A stretch of 64,000 nucleotides of DNA, from the NCBI GenBank assembly GCA_020891255.1, contig BQFW01000007.1, positions 806,001-870,000 on the forward strand, read 5' to 3'. Below are positions 61,194 through 64,000 of the stretch, one piece after another. The notes beneath the pieces are model-generated. The model was not told the origin of the DNA. It saw nothing but the letters and a program-made list of their open reading frames with translations, and ran no database searches. Both the position numbers and the translations under genes were made by a program. Numbering within the stretch: the first letter of the stretch is position 1; each line of letters starts with the position of its first letter. This DNA comes from Entomortierella parvispora E1425. Taxonomy: Eukaryota > Fungi > Mortierellomycota.

Positions 61194-62705
61194 TCAGCGT
61201 TTCCTAGAACAGTTGAAATTCACTTTGTAGAGTATCCACTGAGCGCGATCATCTGCATGGACGTTCCACACTTCCTCCAGGTCAGGCCATGCCTCCCGTA
61301 CCCACCAAGCCTCAGACTCTCCCCAACACCCTGTAACACTTAGTTTTTTCAGCTTCCTCAATGTGCGAAGGGTCCTCATGCCTTGGTCCAGCTTCAAAGA
61401 AAAGGGCACGAACGTGGCTTTGCGCGGGACCCGATTAAAGATCTCAAAACGACAGTGCTCCAGTTCCATCAGATTCGATATGCGATCCAAGATCTTGTCC
61501 GTGGTCCCTGGGATGAACAGATCAAATTGCAGTTGTAATTCCTTCAAGCCAAGACACACCCAAGGTCGCTCATCGTCCTCTTGGATGGCTTTGTCCGATA
61601 CCCTGTTGGCTTTGAAGACTTGCAACCCCCACAGCGTCGCCAGGATGTCCTGGATGGCCGAGCTCGGTAAATGGTCACACCCTGAAAGATTCAACACACG
61701 AAGGGTTTTCAAATGGTGAGGGAAGCTTTTGATCGCCTCCCAGGCGCCTTGATCGAGAAGTCGACAACGCAGCTCCAGTTCCGTCAAACGCACCATTTGC
61801 CTCAAGAGATTGGATAGGTCACGGTTGTCGATGGTCGAGTAGGACAGTGCCACGACTTCCAGATAATCCCAGCAGTTCGCCACCTGAAGAGCCGCCACCA
61901 ATGGGCGGAGGGATGCCCGTGTGTTGCTGCAGTACCACTGTAATCGGACAAGGCGAGGACATTGTTCCAGAAGCCAATAGTGAGCGGATCTCATCCCTGG
62001 AACCTCTTCATACGTGTGGTCATTGAGGTTCAGATCCTGAATCAAAGCCGCTCGTGGACCTGAAGTCAGCTCAAAGGGTTCAACGGCCTCTCCTATGGTC
62101 AGCGATGAATTCAAGACCAGGACTCTTACTCGAGACAAGACCTGATCATAAAAAGAGATAAAGTCCTTGAGTCCTGCAAATGGCATCAAGGAGAGTTGTA
62201 AACGCCCAAGCTGTGGACATCCCGCCAAAGTGTTGATAAGATCCTTTGAGGCTTTGCGGCCGTAGGTGACATGGAGCACCGTCTTTTGATGCCGCTGGAG
62301 AAGAAGACCACCGTTGTCCATGCCTCGCGCGCCTTGGATACGGATGTTGAGGGTCGTCAGATGGGGGCAATAGAGGGTGGGCAAAGCTGAATCAATCACG
62401 CCTTTGCCATTTTCAAATGTGAGGGTGCCGATGAGACGAGCGTGTTTCTGCAGGATGTCGTGGGAGGGGATGACCGCCTCGTCGCAGAAGGAGACTCTGA
62501 CATGATCGTAGATACTAGGAAGAAAGGCTTTGTGCCAGCTGCGGGAAACTCGAGCACAGTTGGCCCTGGCGTTCAGGTCGAGGTATTGCACGAGGAGGAG
62601 GAAGACCTCAGGGGGGATCGTCAGAAAGAGGTCGACGGTTTCACAACGCTGGGGCCTGTCACGGTCGATCAATAGGCGACGGCGGTGGGCAACAGGCTGC
62701 AACAT
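61194..62705 (-). CDS. F-box protein with RNI/LRR-like C-terminus, intronless
   Basis: F-box (LTIPPEVFLLLVQYLD...CARVSRSWHKAF) and C-terminal ERPWVCLGLKEL...LKLDQGM..L..LRKL motifs. ATG at 62705. Confidence 0.88.
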   Translation of the reverse strand: MLQPVAHRRRLLIDRDRPQRCETVDLFLTIPPEVFLLLVQYLDLNARANCARVSRSWHKAFLPSIYDHVRVSFCDEAVIPSHDILQKHARLIGTLTFENGKGVIDSALPTLYCPHLTTLNIRIQGARGMDNGGLLLQRHQKTVLHVTYGRKASKDLINTLAGCPQLGRLQLSLMPFAGLKDFISFYDQVLSRVRVLVLNSSLTIGEAVEPFELTSGPRAALIQDLNLNDHTYEEVPGMRSAHYWLLEQCPRLVRLQWYCSNTRASLRPLVAALQVANCWDYLEVVALSYSTIDNRDLSNLLRQMVRLTELELRCRLLDQGAWEAIKSFPHHLKTLRVLNLSGCDHLPSSAIQDILATLWGLQVFKANRVSDKAIQEDDERPWVCLGLKELQLQFDLFIPGTTDKILDRISNLMELEHCRFEIFNRVPRKATFVPFSLKLDQGMRTLRTLRKLKKLSVTGCWGESEAWWVREAWPDLEEVWNVHADDRAQWILYKVNFNCSRKR

Positions 62706-63094
62706 CTGCGTTGAGGACAAAAGGGATGAGCAAGCGGTGTCTGTGTTTGTCTGCGTGAGAATAAAGTGCCCGGGGAAAACAGAAAATGGGTTGCGTGGGT
62801 GGAAAAAGACGAGAAAAAAAAAAACATTTTGGGCCACGCTCCCCCCCCTTTTTATGGCGGTTGCACACGCATGGGCGGATGCCTTTTGCGCAAATTCGCC
62901 CGTCATTTCTCAAGAGTCCACAGAGCCACACATATGCACAGCTCCTTGAACGAGACCTAGACGAAAGAAAGAGACAAGGCTGGGCAACCAGTGGTCATCA
63001 TGGATCATGGATATGTCAGATAGGTAGGGTATAGGGATAGTATATATTAGACATGGGGTTGTGGTTGGATCTTTTGTTTTTCTGCCAATGTTCT

Positions 63095-64000
63095 CTACGT
63101 GTGAGCAGTGAGTCCGCACAGCTTCTTGTTCCATGGCTTTGGCTCTGCGCGCTTTTGGAAGCTGTGCAATTCTGCGGGCTGTGCCATGCTGGCCATCATC
63201 AATTCCTCCTCGGTGGCCACCGCCTCCAAATCTCTCTTCATGGCAAAGCTGACATTTGAGCAAGCGTCCGAGCTCTTGCCCGCACGCAGGTCGCAAATCA
63301 TCTCTGCGGGGCAAGATGAACCAGCGGCACAAGCTGGAATTTTGCCGGCGGATTTACCGCGGTACAACCAGTATTGCTGGAAGGCCGCGTTGTTTTGCTC
63401 AAAGGCAACGGTGACATTGTGCCACCAGGCAGCACTCAAGGGCTCCGTGTCGGCAATGGGGACATAGGCACCATAGGCCTGACGAGCAGAATACTCCAGG
63501 TGCCAGTTGGGGGTCGTGCCCTGAGCGTCCCAGGTGGAGGCATTGTTCAAGTCGGCGACATAGGTGTTGGAATCATAAATGTTCCAGTTACCAGTGTCGA
63601 CCTTGTAGACGCGGAAACCAGGGTTGAGGTCGAGAGACGGGGTGACGGAAGGTCCGATCCAAGCAGTGGCGATGGCGTTCTGTGAGCTCTTGGAGCCGGG
63701 ACCATAGTAAAGCGCAAACTCGTCGTAGTGAGTGTGTCCAAAGAACTGCTCGGCAACGACGTGAGGAGAGTAGCGCTGAATGGCCTGGTAGTAGAGGGCA
63801 GACCAGTTCTGGATGCAATCCGTTTGCGAAGGACCGACGTGACTGATGATCCAAACACGTTCATGAGCATCCTCAGCGGCCTGGAGCTGAGCCACGAGCC
63901 ACTTGAGCTCACCATTGGGATCGTAATCCGCGGTGTGTCCATAAAGATAAAAGTTCATGTTGTAACAAAAGTTGTTGTTGAGGGAAATGATGCGGAAGCC
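63095..64000 (-). CDS. Acid sphingomyelinase-like metallophosphoesterase (3' part; continues off the right edge)
   Basis: RIISLNNNFCY..NFYLY, DPNGELKWL...L..AE...ERVWIISH, QFFGHTHYDEF, PSVTP...NPGFRVY and W..EYSAR.AYG. Confidence 0.9.
   Translation of the reverse strand, partial: GFRIISLNNNFCYNMNFYLYGHTADYDPNGELKWLVAQLQAAEDAHERVWIISHVGPSQTDCIQNWSALYYQAIQRYSPHVVAEQFFGHTHYDEFALYYGPGSKSSQNAIATAWIGPSVTPSLDLNPGFRVYKVDTGNWNIYDSNTYVADLNNASTWDAQGTTPNWHLEYSARQAYGAYVPIADTEPLSAAWWHNVTVAFEQNNAAFQQYWLYRGKSAGKIPACAAGSSCPAEMICDLRAGKSSDACSNVSFAMKRDLEAVATEEELMMASMAQPAELHSFQKRAEPKPWNKKLCGLTAHT

Noticed and set aside
2768-63095. Stop-codon readthrough or cryptic PTS1 extensions
   Set aside because: In the stop codons I inspected there was no TGA-CTA context and no SKL-like extension.

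Overview
Eukaryotic, gene-dense (~26 genes), intron-containing fungal DNA. It is most consistent with an early-diverging fungus of the Mortierellaceae (Mucoromycota); this is inferred from a DGAT2B-like gene, an E3BP with a full E2-like C-terminal domain, a GUCT-type DDX21 helicase, and typical lineage-expanded F-box, Sel1 and FAD-monooxygenase genes. I assembled spliced models by hand from GT/GC-AG junctions and reading-frame continuity. Housekeeping genes: ARF1 (partial), NDUFB4, DGAT2, PDX1/E3BP, BZW/5MP, SPX phosphate transporter, MTR4, DDX21, CDC8, PYM1, ADCK1/MCP2, URA9, ERG3, acid sphingomyelinase (partial). These are interspersed with accessory or uncharacterised genes. I found no tRNA, rRNA, CRISPR array or transposon, and I cannot demonstrate a new multi-gene system. 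The best leads are (1) a mitochondrially targeted but strongly diverged glycine-cleavage H-protein homologue with an altered lipoylation signature, (2) a secreted protein with a ~70-residue D/E/Y tract and a 6-Cys module, (3) an E3BP with a duplicated M3-like motif and a GC-AG intron, (4) a poor start-codon context on BZW/5MP, (5) recent 108/324-bp repeat amplification in a Sel1 gene, (6) an AG|GTAAGT recursive-splice-like junction in a flavoprotein gene, and (7) a Cys-rich, PY-motif receptor-like membrane protein.
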